The position numbers were made by a program, and so were the translations under genes. A stretch of DNA of 64,000 nucleotides from positions 496,001-560,000 of the forward strand of contig JAYWIR010000033.1 in assembly GCA_036172245.1 (NCBI GenBank), in the 5' to 3' direction. Source of the stretch: Raillietiella orientalis (lineage: Eukaryota). The notes beneath the pieces were generated by a model. The model made no database searches and had not been told where the DNA came from. It was given only the letters and a program-made list of their open reading frames with translations. Of the stretch, positions 12,001 through 24,804 are shown piece after piece; position 1 is the first letter of the stretch, and the number at the start of each line of letters is the position of its first letter.

Positions 12001-15000
12001 ATCAGTTCCAGCTCGCTGCAATATACTGTAAAGTAAGGCGCCAATGCAGCAAGATGTATTTCAGCTGGAACATCACGACACACTTATCCAACACTGCTGA
12101 CACTGATCTCTTTTACGTGCATCGTTCCGTGTTTCCAACGCAACTCACCCCCTTTCCAGCGGATCGGATACGATGATGCTCACTTTCTTACAAGAAAAGT
12201 AACAAGCGTACCGTTTTGCTCTTAGAATCTTCGCAGTTGTTCCCACTTCCAGCATCTGCTGCGTGTACGCGCTCGCCATATACATCTCCCTAGAGAAGCA
12301 CGATATATTTAGACGATAGTTTAAGCACGATAGATTCTCCAAAATACCGTTCACATAGCCTGCCGGCTATCCATGGCCACTATGTGAAATTCTTTGTGTA
12401 GGTGAAGCAGTCGTGCGCCGAGTGGTTATCCCCCAAAGATGATCATTGAAGCATCAGCAGGATTCGCCATAAACCCAGCGCGCGTTCTCCTCGCCTCCAC
12501 TCCCTGTATAGTTTGGGAAACGGAAGGGGGAAGCCTTGCGCCGACAGGAGAGCATCGTTTAACAAGGTGTGACACGGTTGCATCCAGTTCGGAGTTCAGC
12601 CATCACAGTCTCAGTTCTTACTGCGTCATCTGAGTTTCTAAATTGAAAGTTCTCAGGATAATACCAATATTCAGAAGCGCCTTTTCCCAGCAAGGAAACT
12701 GGAAGAAAACCGAATAAACGACACGATCGTGCGTCAGCTCAAAGCGTTCAGGTGCAAAACAAGGTACAAAAATCAACCTAGAGGGAAAAGCAAGAGAAGA
12801 TTCACGATAACGGATGGGTTTATCGTTCGAGAATGATTAGAGGAAGGCAAAGTGTTCTTCAACACGCAAATAAACAAGAAGCTCACAGCTACGATGCAGA
12901 ACACTTGAACTTAGAGCCGAAAGTGACTGATGATGCTATCGCATTTACTTCGACCCATCTCTGCATAGAAAAACAAAAAATGGCAACACTCATCAAAGAG
13001 AACGCATTCGAATTCAAGTGGCTTCTCCGGATACGCTGTTAACTCTTCTAAAGCTGAACTCCTCTGGGTCGTCTGAAGCCGCTCATAGCTGGAAGGCAGT
13101 TGCTGCGTAGAAACGGAAAATAAAGACCCAAGTAAAAAGGAATTGATTGCAAACTAAAATTATGCAGAAAGAGGACAGACTCTTCAGCTTCGTTCATGAC
13201 GATCCAAGAGCTAAGACCTTGCATTTCGGAAATGCGTGTTCATGAGCGGTTCATCTCTCAAAACCGCAGTGTAATGGCTCCTTAGTAATCCGCTGCAATA
13301 AAACTCCAGACGCTTAAATTACACAGAAGGAGTAAAATCCAAGCGGTGGTTGCGCGAAGGTGCAGCAGCGTGAAGCTTGCATTGCCGCCGTACCTTTTGA
13401 GAAAATCTCTCTCGATAGATGCCTTAGAGTCTAGTCGGATAAAGTAGAAATTTCCGGAGATCTAACTTGGATCAGATTGGCAATTTTTATCTAGCGTAAC
13501 GAGTCAATACAGTACAGCCGTACTGATCCATGCGGTTCAGTTCACGACTCCACCAAAGGTGCTGAAAGCAAGGAACTTTAGATCGTGCCACGTAACAACA
13601 ACGAGTTGAACTGCTACAAAATCCCGTGAGCTCCTACAATTCCGTCATAATTCCGATGAAATCTTCGTTTATCATAGGACTTGACATCCGCATCTGGCAG
13701 CCGAGTTGGGACGTCAAGTCTCTTCTGTTACGTAGGAATCAACCTTTTCAGTATCTTCACTTCTCAGAGTTTCCCTCTTATTCTCGGCACTTTAAAAGAA
13801 ACGGCGCTGCTTAGAGCAGCCGTTTAGAGAAATGGTGCAACCTTGAGGAATATTTCTCTTGGACTGCTAGTACGCTTAGTGTCGCAAAACTTATCGAGCT
13901 CAAACTCTCCTACTCCACGATGGTACTGTATAATTGACATGAACAGTGTTGTTTTGTTGCGCTTCCATCTCCTTCTTGTAGTTTCATATTTCTCCACCCG
14001 CAACGCTTGAAAGTTTTCTACCCAAAGCTCCAAGAATTTATCTCCTTCATTTCCTTACGGTGTACTCTTTGTAGCATCTGTTACATAAATGTCTTCAGTG
14101 TTTTTGGATGCACGTGTTTTCCATAAAGAACGTCATGATATACAAGAATATCCTACGACTCCCCCATCATCCAGTACGTCCACATTTCTACGATCCCAGG
14201 CTTGTGATGGACTTAATTATGATGTGATGCAACATTTCGTCCTAATTTCTTGATTTGAAAAACGGCCACAGTCGATCTTCGAAAAGCAAACCATTGGATA
14301 GCAATGCATCTTCATGCCCTCATAAAAAGTAGATTCCCCTGCTGACTCCTAGCACACAAGACAACATGAAAGTAAATCAACTTTGGAACAAGTTTGATAC
14401 CGCACGATCTTCATCCACTTTTCGTATTAAAATCAACTGGTAATGTGGTGCTAAATGTGTTAACTTCTGTAAGTTGCAGTCCTCACGTGTATTCACATCT
14501 GTGGGTTTGAACTTAAAGGTTATAGAAGAAATACCAAAAAACCGTCAATTTTTCGCAGGTGCCGTGAAACCAGAAGTAGCAACGAAGCAACAATTTCGTG
14601 ATTTCAACATTGGCTGCTTTTCTCCTCGTTACCACCGCAACTCGTAAATCTAAGCTGGAGGGGAGTGCATCTATCATGCGTCAGTGGCTCAATCCCCCGA
14701 GGAATTTCCAAATGACTTTCGGCGCACAGATTGCAATTTGGATAGAGATGCTCTTGTAAGCAACCTGTTTCGCATCGCGTAAAGTCAATTGATTTCGCAG
14801 AATATTCCATGGACTTGAAACATAAGAATTTCCTACTGAAAGGTCAAATTGTCCTTTATTGCTTCGCACAGGAAATATCTTCATCATGATGGGGAGTGTA
14901 GACTTTTCACCGAAATGCGTATTCTCATTTGGACGGGTCAGAGTACTCGTCCTGAAAAGGAAACTAAATGATAAGAGAAGAAGAGTCAACAGGAAATTCA

Positions 15001-15074
15001 AAAGGCCTTCTTCCGCATACGGTATTTAATCCTGCGGACTGAGCGTGCTACGGATCATGTCGCAGCTAGAAGCC

Positions 15075-15110
15075 ATTCGCCAGAGAAACCAACTTGTTTC
15101 TCTGGCGAAT
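15075..15110. repeat. Perfect 15-bp stem, 6-nt loop inverted repeat
   Basis: ATTCGCCAGAGAAAC-CAACTT-GTTTCTCTGGCGAAT. Confidence 0.95.
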
Positions 15111-15759
15111 CAGTTTAAAATAAAAACAGACAAAAAAAGGTGATGGAAAAAATGAATGAAACAAAAGCAGATAGTTTTAAATCTTTCAGAAAGAGCTGGA
15201 GCCCAAGTATCACAGAGTATTCCGTTAGCATCTTCTCAACGATGTTTGCGATCTCTTGGTTACGTCAGATAAGAGGTTATGGGGATGCTGTTTCACAAGA
15301 AAGAAAGGAATCGCATAAACTACCTCTCACCCTGTCCACGAGATTCCCTGCCAGCAGGCGATTAAGGGAGGACCGTAATTGCCGCTTCAGGTGGCATTAT
15401 ATTAAGGGCGAAGAAGATCCTGAATGATTCCTTCCGGCTGTTTAATGGTAAATGCACGAACGCTATCTGCCGCTGTTTCCCCAAAACAGACGTCAACGCT
15501 TTGTTGTGAAAAAGTATCCGCGCTTGCTTCTACGAACAAAACGTATGGAAAAAATGTGGAAGAGCTGACTGCTTTTCTTCGATAACAGCGATCTCTGAGT
15601 CGCGTGGGATACTTTCCGATTTGTTATTCCCTTCCTTTCTTCCCTTCTGAAGACTGCGACAAATGCGCCGCGCGGCCATCGTTCGTACGCACCTATTCCT
15701 CATCCGCTGCATGCAATTCAGTGCCAAAAATTCACGCCTGACTGAATTCTCCGTAGAGC

Positions 15760-16780
15760 CCACTCGACCTGTGCAGCGAATGCCTTGCACGGGTGTTTTT
15801 CGTGCTGCTTGTCGAATGAAAAGAAAGAAACACCGAGGAAGGCAAAGCAGTCATTTCCATTAATCAGTCGCACATTTCTTTGCTTTTCAACATGCATAGC
15901 ATTCTCCGAGCATCCTGATCTCTTCTTGCACGTATTGTGAGTGGAAATTGTTAAAGCAACTCTGCGGTTAAGCCGCTTGGAGTAGATGCGTAAATTTCTT
16001 CGCTGTGTGGTCACTTAAAATGAATAACTGCAATCACAGCTTTCTCTGGACGCGCTGCACGCAGCTTGTTAGGTCTTGGTTCTGCACCCGCTGCATCTGA
16101 AAGCAAACTCTCCTACAGCTGGTAAACCTGTATCTTTGCATCACGTGTACTGGAGTGTGATGTTTTTGAAAGCTGTGGGTGTTGGACATGTTTTTCTCTT
16201 GTCGTTACAAGTGTTGACCGCAGTTCCTATTGGTTTGCAGTCTGCGCAATTTCTTATTTCTGTAGAAGCTATGGTGAATTTTGGTAGCATGCGGCATTCG
16301 TTATTATTTCTCATCCCGTGTGCAGTATTGCAAGGCAGGATGCTGTGGAGATTCTTCTTCACCTACGTAAGGAAATCCATCTGCATATCAGCGTTTCTTC
16401 GCATAAATCCTGGTTCTTTTTGTTAAGGGCTGTCTCATCTAGCGTACTTTTTATATTCATGGCTAAACTTATAGAAACCAGTTTTTTTTTTTTTGGCTTG
16501 CAATTTCTCTTTTGAGCGTGTTTTGACCTTCCAGGGAATCTTTGACATTCCACTGTGCCTGCACTGTTTGTCTTTTTAAGTTTCCTTGGAGATTGAGATT
16601 TGTTGCAGCGTGTTTCGATTGTGATTTCACGCAGTTTACTTTGTATGTACTGTTTTGGTGCTCAACAAACGGTTCTACTCAAGTGGCTTTATGTATTTTG
16701 TTGGTTGTTCTCTAGAATGGTTTGCTTTTTGTTGGTGTTTCTCGTCTATTTATTTTTGCAACGTAGTTCTGACATTTTCA
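15760..16780 (+). mobile_element. Old LINE 3'-end relic
   Basis: Allowing frameshifts it reads CTRC..SLHHVLLECDVF.KLW, like the family B C-terminal motif, followed by a T-rich tract. Confidence 0.55.
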
Positions 16781-19700
16781 CTTCACTCACTGAGTGGTCT
16801 TTCATTTGTTCAATTTCGTGTTCTAAGCGATGTTTGGTGCGCTTTACATCTCATTGCTTTATGCAAGCAGTTCAATGTAAATGGAACGAACGACTGTGAG
16901 CCGAGTGCTGCTTGTTGTTCTCTTTGAAGAAACACGCTCATTCTTTCGATTGTTCTATATGCAAAAGCAACTGCCTTAGCGTAAAGGAGCATACCAGTTG
17001 TAGTGTGATGAATTCTTTCCTCTTTTCCTTTTCTGCATACTCTCTTTCTGACTTTGCCTTCGTTCTTGTAACACTTTTGAGCACTTCGTTGTTGCTGATG
17101 CCACTGTTTCTAATTTTCGTAAATGTTCGCAATAATGTTTCAATTATTTTATTGTGGGAAAAGATAGGAATAGAGCTGGCTGTTTGACGACAGCGTCGAA
17201 CACAAGCCACGTCTTAAAGAGGACAGATGGTGCTCAACCTAATCAAAGAGTTTGCTGATCGGGAATCCGTGAGTGGCGTGTGGAAACCTTTTTCTTTTAG
17301 CTATGTATACTGCTTAACCTAATTCTCTTGTGTACATTTGTTCCCGCATGCTTTCTTTCAAGAGTAAGGTAATTTTAGTAGCCATTTTACGTCACTGAGA
17401 ACTGAAGTTTTGTACTCCATGTGTCCTTTCGGACGCTAAATTGTCACCGAATCATTTCTCTTTTAGACTGTGCTGTTGAGCTATGCTGCGATTGCTGCAA
17501 AATCTTCCGACAAGGAAAACATTACGATTCCATTGGAAAGATCTCTCGCACATGTCATTGGACTTAAGGACAAGAGAGGACCTTGTTCTCCTACATTCGC
17601 AAATGATTTTGGAAAGTGTCAACTGTCGCTTACTAATTCGCGGGTTCCACTGCCACGTGGCTCGTGTTCCCTGTCTTTTTTTGTAAGCGCAGATTTGCAA
17701 TGTGATAGAACTTAGCAGAATTCTAGCTACCAGACTTCCGAGGAAGTATGATTGTGGAATTCACTGTGAATGCATTCAATGGGGATTGCTACCTACAACC
17801 TAAAGGAGGTGTATCTCGGAGGTATGTTTCAATTCGATTCTTTGCGTGTGTTCGGATACGCTGCACTTTGAACACCAGTGTCGCTTTTTATTTTTGTTGA
17901 TGAGAAGTATCTAGAAACGTGGAAAAGCGTGGTTTGATTTTTACTGTTTGGAACTGATTGCTTTGTCTTCTTTGAATTATGTGGGAAGTGTAAAGATGCA
18001 TTTTTCGAGAACAGTCGTTTCCATGTATTACTTTGTTTACAATGGAAAAAGTTTCGTAAAGATATTTGACATTCTTTTACTCTTTATTTCATCATATGAT
18101 GTTTCAGTTACACAAGAAAACAAGAACTCACGATTATCATTAGGAATATGCTTGGAAAGTTTGAATCCACGTAAACATCATGTGTGTGTTGGATCTTCTG
18201 ATAACGTATTGTGCTTTGATTATGCTTCAGGCTCAACCCTGGCAAAAATACTGGATATGTTCCGAGTACACTGAAGTGTAGCTGGAAACCTCCACCAAAT
18301 AAGGATTTTGTAGTTATATTGGCAAGTCCATCTGCGTGAACTAAGCGTTCTCTGAGGGATATTCAAAGGTTCGATCACATCATTCATTGATAACAATAAA
18401 AAGTATTTTTACTTTATTTAAAACCACCTCAAGTAAACTTTTCTTGCTTTGAATAGAAAAGACACTAAAGATCTCAAATATTCTACGTAAGCAGAACAGA
18501 AGACAGGGGAATTTGGAATTGAAATATTTCAAAAAATTCCTTCAAAGCATTACGAATATTCTAGTCTTAGTTTTGAATTCCATGTGACCTAACGCCTGTA
18601 ATGTGTATTTTACTTTCTTTTCGGACCGCAGTGCTTTTGCGTGACCCTCTTACCATGGCAATTCGGAAAGGGAATGCGGGATGATTTTTGTTCTAAAAAC
18701 AGAAAGCATTTGCGTGCTTTAGTGATGAAATCATCAATTACTTACGAAAGCACAACACGATGACTGTGATTATTGTCGTACAAAACTTCCCGGAAAATGG
18801 ACACTATCTTGTGGGAATGAAATGATAATGAAAGCGTCCATAGACTCTCAGTTGATGCTTAGGTTTTCCAATAGCGTCTAGAATACGTGGCTTACCTGCA
18901 TCATTCGCAGATACATACTGATGCTAATCTGGAACCACATATGCATCACTAAAAAGAAGATTTACTTAAATTTCGTATTGCTATACCGAGAACCAGTTGC
19001 AAACTTCATTACTATATGACGTACTCAAATCTTGTGACGGAACTTCACTTATGTCCTTTGCTTATTAGAAAGCAAGCATAATATTTTTTTAACATGGGAA
19101 TCCAATGTTTCGTTTGTCCGTTAAACGATGCTAGAACGATTTTCTCAGCTGCAGGAGTTTCTGTGGAGTCAATACTATTTTGATTACTCGTCTTCGTTGT
19201 TTTTCAATTAAGTCAGACTGATATATAAGGTTTTGGAACAAAATTCAGACAGCAACTTTCCAAAGAAGATGAGTCCATTTTCACGTAGAGAGCGGGAAAG
19301 AATACATGATATTTCGTAAGACAGCAAAAATTATATTTAGAGGCGTGATCAGCATGTAGAAGGAGACCCACGCAAATAAGAAGAGGATTATTCTAAACAG
19401 ATTACGACACTGATGTTGTTCAGTCTTATGATTCTCCAAATGCTGCAAGCTGTTCACGCTACGTCCCCTAAAACCAAAACGCACAATTGATTGCACATGG
19501 AAGAAAAATAAAGCAATACACAAGGAAGACAAAACCGGGTTCTGAATGGTAAAGAACTTTCTTTTCGTTGTTTATTGTTTCACGATGTGCGGAGTAGGAT
19601 TTTTGTGAGATCTACATCTTTGTAGGTCACTCGTAAGCCTTCGTTTATCTCCGCCATCATGAAGGAATTCAGTCCTTCTTTGCGAACATTTACTCTCATT

Positions 19701-21259
19701 CATCGGCCTGTTTTTCCTCGACATTCCTTATTAAACGAAATAATGACAAACTCCTGCCATAAATGCCCACATATGGTGGAGCACTTGTTTGAACCATGTG
19801 CCGTGAACGGTATCACATTACGCTTGCATCCCTCCTTGGCATTGTATCCAGGATACTGACAAGTAGTGTTTCGATGTTGCCTAGGTAGAGACGCTTTTCA
19901 GGCATCTTTAAAAGCATCTGTGACAACTAGATGCCGTGCCTACTATTCGCGCTTATACTTTTCGCCTTTTAGGCTGTCACCAAATTGCGGATGCAGCATA
20001 GAACTGCTAAGGATGCGGTTGAATTCAGAGAATGACGCATTTGAAGCTGTATGAATCAGTCGCTGGATTAACCTTTCGAAGTTCCTAGGATCTTCGAGAA
20101 ACGATCCGAGAAAAAGAGAAACGCAGAACACTCTACCGGAAGGCACCGTAATGTTTTGTTCTCTTCGCTATTTGCAAGTGCGCATGGATACTACCGTGTG
20201 TACAATAATGGTCGCATGCTGTAGTTGAAATTTCGCTTCGTTTACTCTTGCAAGATGAAGAGAACAATGTCACTGTTGCAAAACACTGGAGGCTACTTTT
20301 CTATCTCCAGAAGTGATGCCATCAGCCTGTTCCAGAGTGATAATCCTAAAGACTTGATCTGTTAATTTATACATGCACTAAGCAGTTCAATATTTCGCGT
20401 ATTCTGAAAAGAAGCTTCAATATGATCAATGCCACAGCAAGCCCTAATGGCAAACGTGGGCCACGGATAAAGTAAATTTTTCTCTGCTCCAGCTAGTTCA
20501 GGTTTCGGATGTGTATCTAGTGTTTTTGCGGCCGATAGAGTTCACGAATACCTAAGAGCGCGACAACTTTTCTCAAAGGAGGCGCAAGGACGACGTTTAT
20601 TTAGATTATGAAGTAGGGTCATGCCCTAACACCCAATGGTTCTGTGCCGTTCCGACGAGAGCAACGAGCGCGGAGACAAAAAAAAAGACACCTGAAGATG
20701 GAGCGAACTTCGAAGCCTGCATCCAATAACGGCGGCTTAAATATCGAGTACTCATCCTCGCGGCAAAATTATGCACAATGCGATCGTTTAAAACCTACAT
20801 TTCTTTTCCAGCAGATCAACCGGTTGCAAACGATTTTCTTGCATTCTGGTGTCTTACGGACGCAGCAATATCCAATGGAATCCTTAGATGCTCCAGAAGG
20901 TTACCCTAGTGATGGAGAACACGTGAACCGTCTGCCTTCCCGCGAACCGGTGCCTGATTTCAGGAATTAATTTTCGCAAGGGAAAGAATCAACAGCTCGA
21001 GTGAGGGGGAATATGTCTGCCTCCCACTAGCAACATATGCCCGGGAGCCCTTGAAGGAGATTGCAAAGAATCCACGAAAGATCCTTTGACTTTCCTTTAC
21101 TTCACTTGCCTCCATGCTGCCTCCCTTAGGTAAGCTAGGCAGAGCAACGATCGAACATTGTAGCAGTGTTCTGTACCATATGATGCACGAAAAAACTGTT
21201 GTTGGCGTGAAGAACTTCGTAGTTATCTGACGCTGCCATCCCGAGCGTCCCATCTTAAG

Positions 21260-21541
21260 GACTTCTGCGCTGAGATGAGCTGCTCACAATACCTCAGGGT
21301 TAGGCGAAATGACCCTTAGCGCGTCGGAACACTGGTATCTTTTCATGAAGAGTCAGGAGACGGGTTTCATGTTGTTGCATCGAGAAACCCCATAAAAGGC
21401 ACGCCATTATCATGGAACACTTCAGTGTGAATGTCCGTTGTGCAGACTGCGGCGAAAGTGTTCTTCCATCTCCTAATGGACTGCGCCTCCCTCTGGGCAC
21501 TTTGTGGTCGACTTCCGTAGATCGTCAAGATTGCTACAGCC
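21260..21541 (+). mobile_element. Decayed family B ORF2 C-terminal fragment
   Basis: Reads NVRCADCGE..FHLLMDCASLWAL with a frameshift. Confidence 0.6.
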
Positions 21542-24500
21542 GGGTCAGCTAATGGAACAAAAGCAGGTAGGCATGCAGGTACCGCTGATAGTGCGTGATG
21601 GGTACGCTGTCAGGACCCGCTGCCACGTCCTTGCGTAGTTGACCAAATGCAGTCTTTACCTCATCTTCGGAGAACTCCTCCTCCAGTCTGTTCCGCAGGA
21701 GTTCGTCGGTCCTCTTCTCCAGATAGCTCAAAAAGGCCTGTTGACTAGAGCGACAGAGATGTTGGCGCCTGAAGTGTTTCGTGTAATGTCTGTGAAAGGC
21801 ATCCACGATTTCCTCACACGACTGTCGCTTTTGGCCGTCCTACTGATTGCAGAAGATATCTGTTGCCAGATTCCTCTCCTCCAGCACGCCGACTTCCTCT
21901 TTTACATTATGGAAGACGTACCGACTCTCCTACTCCTCAAAGTACTTGGAGAGTGAGCGATCTTTGATGTCCAGCTCCCGGTACGCTTCCTGCCTCAATC
22001 GTCTATCGCCAAATTGCATGTTCGCAAACAGGTGTATCCTGTGCTTCAGGCTGTCCCATTTGGCGACTCGTCGAATTGTTGTCGCTTTGAGAATTGCCGC
22101 CAGGACCTCATGATGTCCTGGATGTGTTTCGAACCAGACGGGCATGATGATGAGCGCTGCCATGGTGCCTTGCTTTCGCCGAGGATTCTCCGTCCTCAGG
22201 GAAAAACGCACTATCGAGTGATCGGACATTGTGGTCATAATGTCTCGAAAACCTTGGATGCGATTCCCAAGTTCGGTACTGCGCAGGACGTGATCGATCG
22301 GCTTATAGCTTGCCGTTAGCCACATCAGTCCGAACTCTTCGGATAGCCGACGATACGCCGTCCTTCGTCTGGCGTCTTGTGAATAGGTGATCTCATCCAA
22401 GATGTTCAGATCGCCAGCAACAATCACGACGTCCTTAGGGGCGACTTTTTCCCGGAGTGCTGCATGCAGCGCCTCCGCACAGCGATGTTTCAGCCTGTGC
22501 GGCCCGTACAGGCTCACCAGGATGAGGTGATCATTTGAGGACTAGGCCAGTCGAAGGCCGATGATTCGTCCTGGTTGGGGACAGAACACTTCCAGGATAG
22601 TAGGGGCCAAATGGTTCTTGATTAATACCCCCCACACCCTGCGTGTTCCGTTCTTCCTCCCTGACGAACATATGCCCGTTGAAACGCCGTTTTATCCGCT
22701 GACTAATCTTGAGACCCATCTTGTGGGTCTCCTGCAGGCAGACGATGTCTTGTTGTGCGATGCTCCGCACAATTCTTTTCCTCTTGGTCTGGTCGATCAA
22801 ACCGTTCACGTTCCAGGAGGCGATGTTCAGCCTCCTGGCGGTCGATAGGAATGAGGCCATAAAGGGGAAGACCTACTTTTTGGCCTTCCTGAGTTTCTTC
22901 TGTCTGGGAGAGCGTGATCTCCCAGACGTTGAAGAAGGACCCGGTTTATCACTTGCCGCGTCACTCTCCGTTCCGGTGAGGTCGGTTACTTCCGCTTCCT
23001 TCGTAGAGTGTTCGGCACGCGCGATCATTTTTCGAGATAGAGCCTCTAATTCAACCTTGGCGCAGAAGTTGGCCTTCACTGCGAGAAGCTGTTCCTCCAG
23101 CTTCTCTCGCTCAGCTACCTCCACCATTTGGTTCACAGTTTCCTGTGCATCGCAGATCTTCTGCAGGATTTGCACCTGCTGGGGCCCGCTTTGCACCTCC
23201 ATCATTTCTTCGGCAAGTTTTGTCAACTCCTCGGTTGACTGCAGGGCCTCCTGCGACACCGGAGTGACTTCTTCCGCTACTTGCTCTTCCTTCTAGACTG
23301 TCCTTATTTTTTCGCCTTCCACCGCTACTTCTGGGGTAAGAGAGGCTTCCTGCTTCTTGACGAGCGTCTTCCTCTTCCCCTTCTTTCCGACTCCTATGAA
23401 GCCGTCCGCCGATACCGGGACGACTTCCTTAATCTTCTTCGGCCTTCCTGCCATCTCTTGAGTCTGTTCCGCCTCCCTCAGATTCCTCTCTCTCACGGGA
23501 GAGAGTCCGCGGATCCTTCTGCAATTAGCGAATTCCGGACAGCTCCATTTAGCGTGCCCGTGCTTCTTGCAGAAGGAACAAACCTCCGGTTTCGGGCAGT
23601 TTCGGACTTGGTGCCCAATCTTGCCGCAGCGGTAACATCGTGATGTAGGGCAAGCGCCGGCCCTGTGGCCAAACTGCTTGCATCCAATGCAAAATACCGG
23701 TTGCTGCCTGTAGCGTACATTTACGCAGTGGGATGGTTCGTCTATGACGGCTATTTCGGGAATCTGCGCTCCTTTATTTAGCTTTATCTTGGCGATCATG
23801 TCGCCAGAAAAGATTTTTCCAGAGAAGTTCTCGCACTCGTGGTCGAGAACTTCTGAAAACTGTTCAAGGTATTTCCACACCGTTAGTTGTGGTGTGTAGA
23901 TGGAAATACCGCTCATATAGACGGTCGTGTACGGCATCTCGCCGACACCACAGACCATCCTGCCTTGAATGTTGATCCCTTTCAAGATCAACGTTTCCCT
24001 GATGTTTTCACAGTCTGTAAAGACTGTGAATCCGGAGTTGTTGGGGATGATCGCCTGAATGCGATCAAAGTCCAAATCGGTCTTGTCTAGGGACAGATAC
24101 ACTTCCCAAATGTTGCTGAACTTAATCAGCCCTGTGCGAAACATAATGGGTTTGACCTCCGGGCCTAGCTGGACAACCGGCCGGTCCACCCTTTCAACTT
24201 TCTCCCTTAGGGGCTTCCCAAATTTCCTCGGCGGGTGGACACTAACTTGTCCCGCCGCAACCGACGCGTAAGAGAATGGCTGAGATGTCGCAGCCGAGCA
24301 AGATGGCGTCGCATCTTGCGCTCCCTTCGCCGCATGGACGCCCGCTGGTCCCGCCTGGGACGCCGCCGCGGGCGCAACCCTCGATGTTGCCGCCGCCGCC
24401 GCGGGCGGGACCCTCGGCATCGCCGCCGCAGGAGCGGCCGTTGCCGCCGCGGGCGCCATCCTCGGCGTCGCGCCGCGGGCACGACCTCCGCCGTCGTCGC

Positions 24501-24790
24501 CGCGGGCACGACCCTTGGCATCGCCGCCGCCGCTGCAGCAAAGCCCGCCGCGGGCGCGATCTTCGGCATGCCTACCACCGCCTCGCCGTTGCCGCACGTC
24601 ACCTCCATGGCTTCCATGGAAGACGACGGTCTCTCCACTCCTCCTCCAAGTGCCTGCATCCTGGCAGCTGGTATTGCTGCACAGGACAACTGCAGGTTTT
24701 CCGCCGTGATAACCTCGGCGCTTCTTTTGTTGTTTTGTCTGGAAACTTTCCCTCTCCGGGCACACACGAGCACAATCAACTGATTAATCG
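21542..24790 (-). mobile_element. Family A LINE, 5' portion (ORF1, EN, linker); duplicate of 40924..44172
   Basis: ORFs 23293..24765, 22873..23259, 22531..22860 and 21930..22517 with WNVNG, LQETH, GDLN, IDHV and SDH. Confidence 0.93.
23293..24765 (-). pseudogene. Family A ORF1 (gag-like, three CCHC knuckles); 5' frameshift and premature TAG; probable true span 24659..22873
   Basis: CIGCKQFGHRAGAC, CYRCGKIGHQVRNC and CSFCKKHGHAKWSC; translation identical to 40949..42421. Confidence 0.9.
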
Positions 24791-24804
24791 TCGCCGACTC
24801 GGCA

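Noticed and set aside
16800..21200. Host gene exons in the AT-rich block
   Set aside because: Only short ORFs without recognisable domains; cannot be supported from sequence alone.
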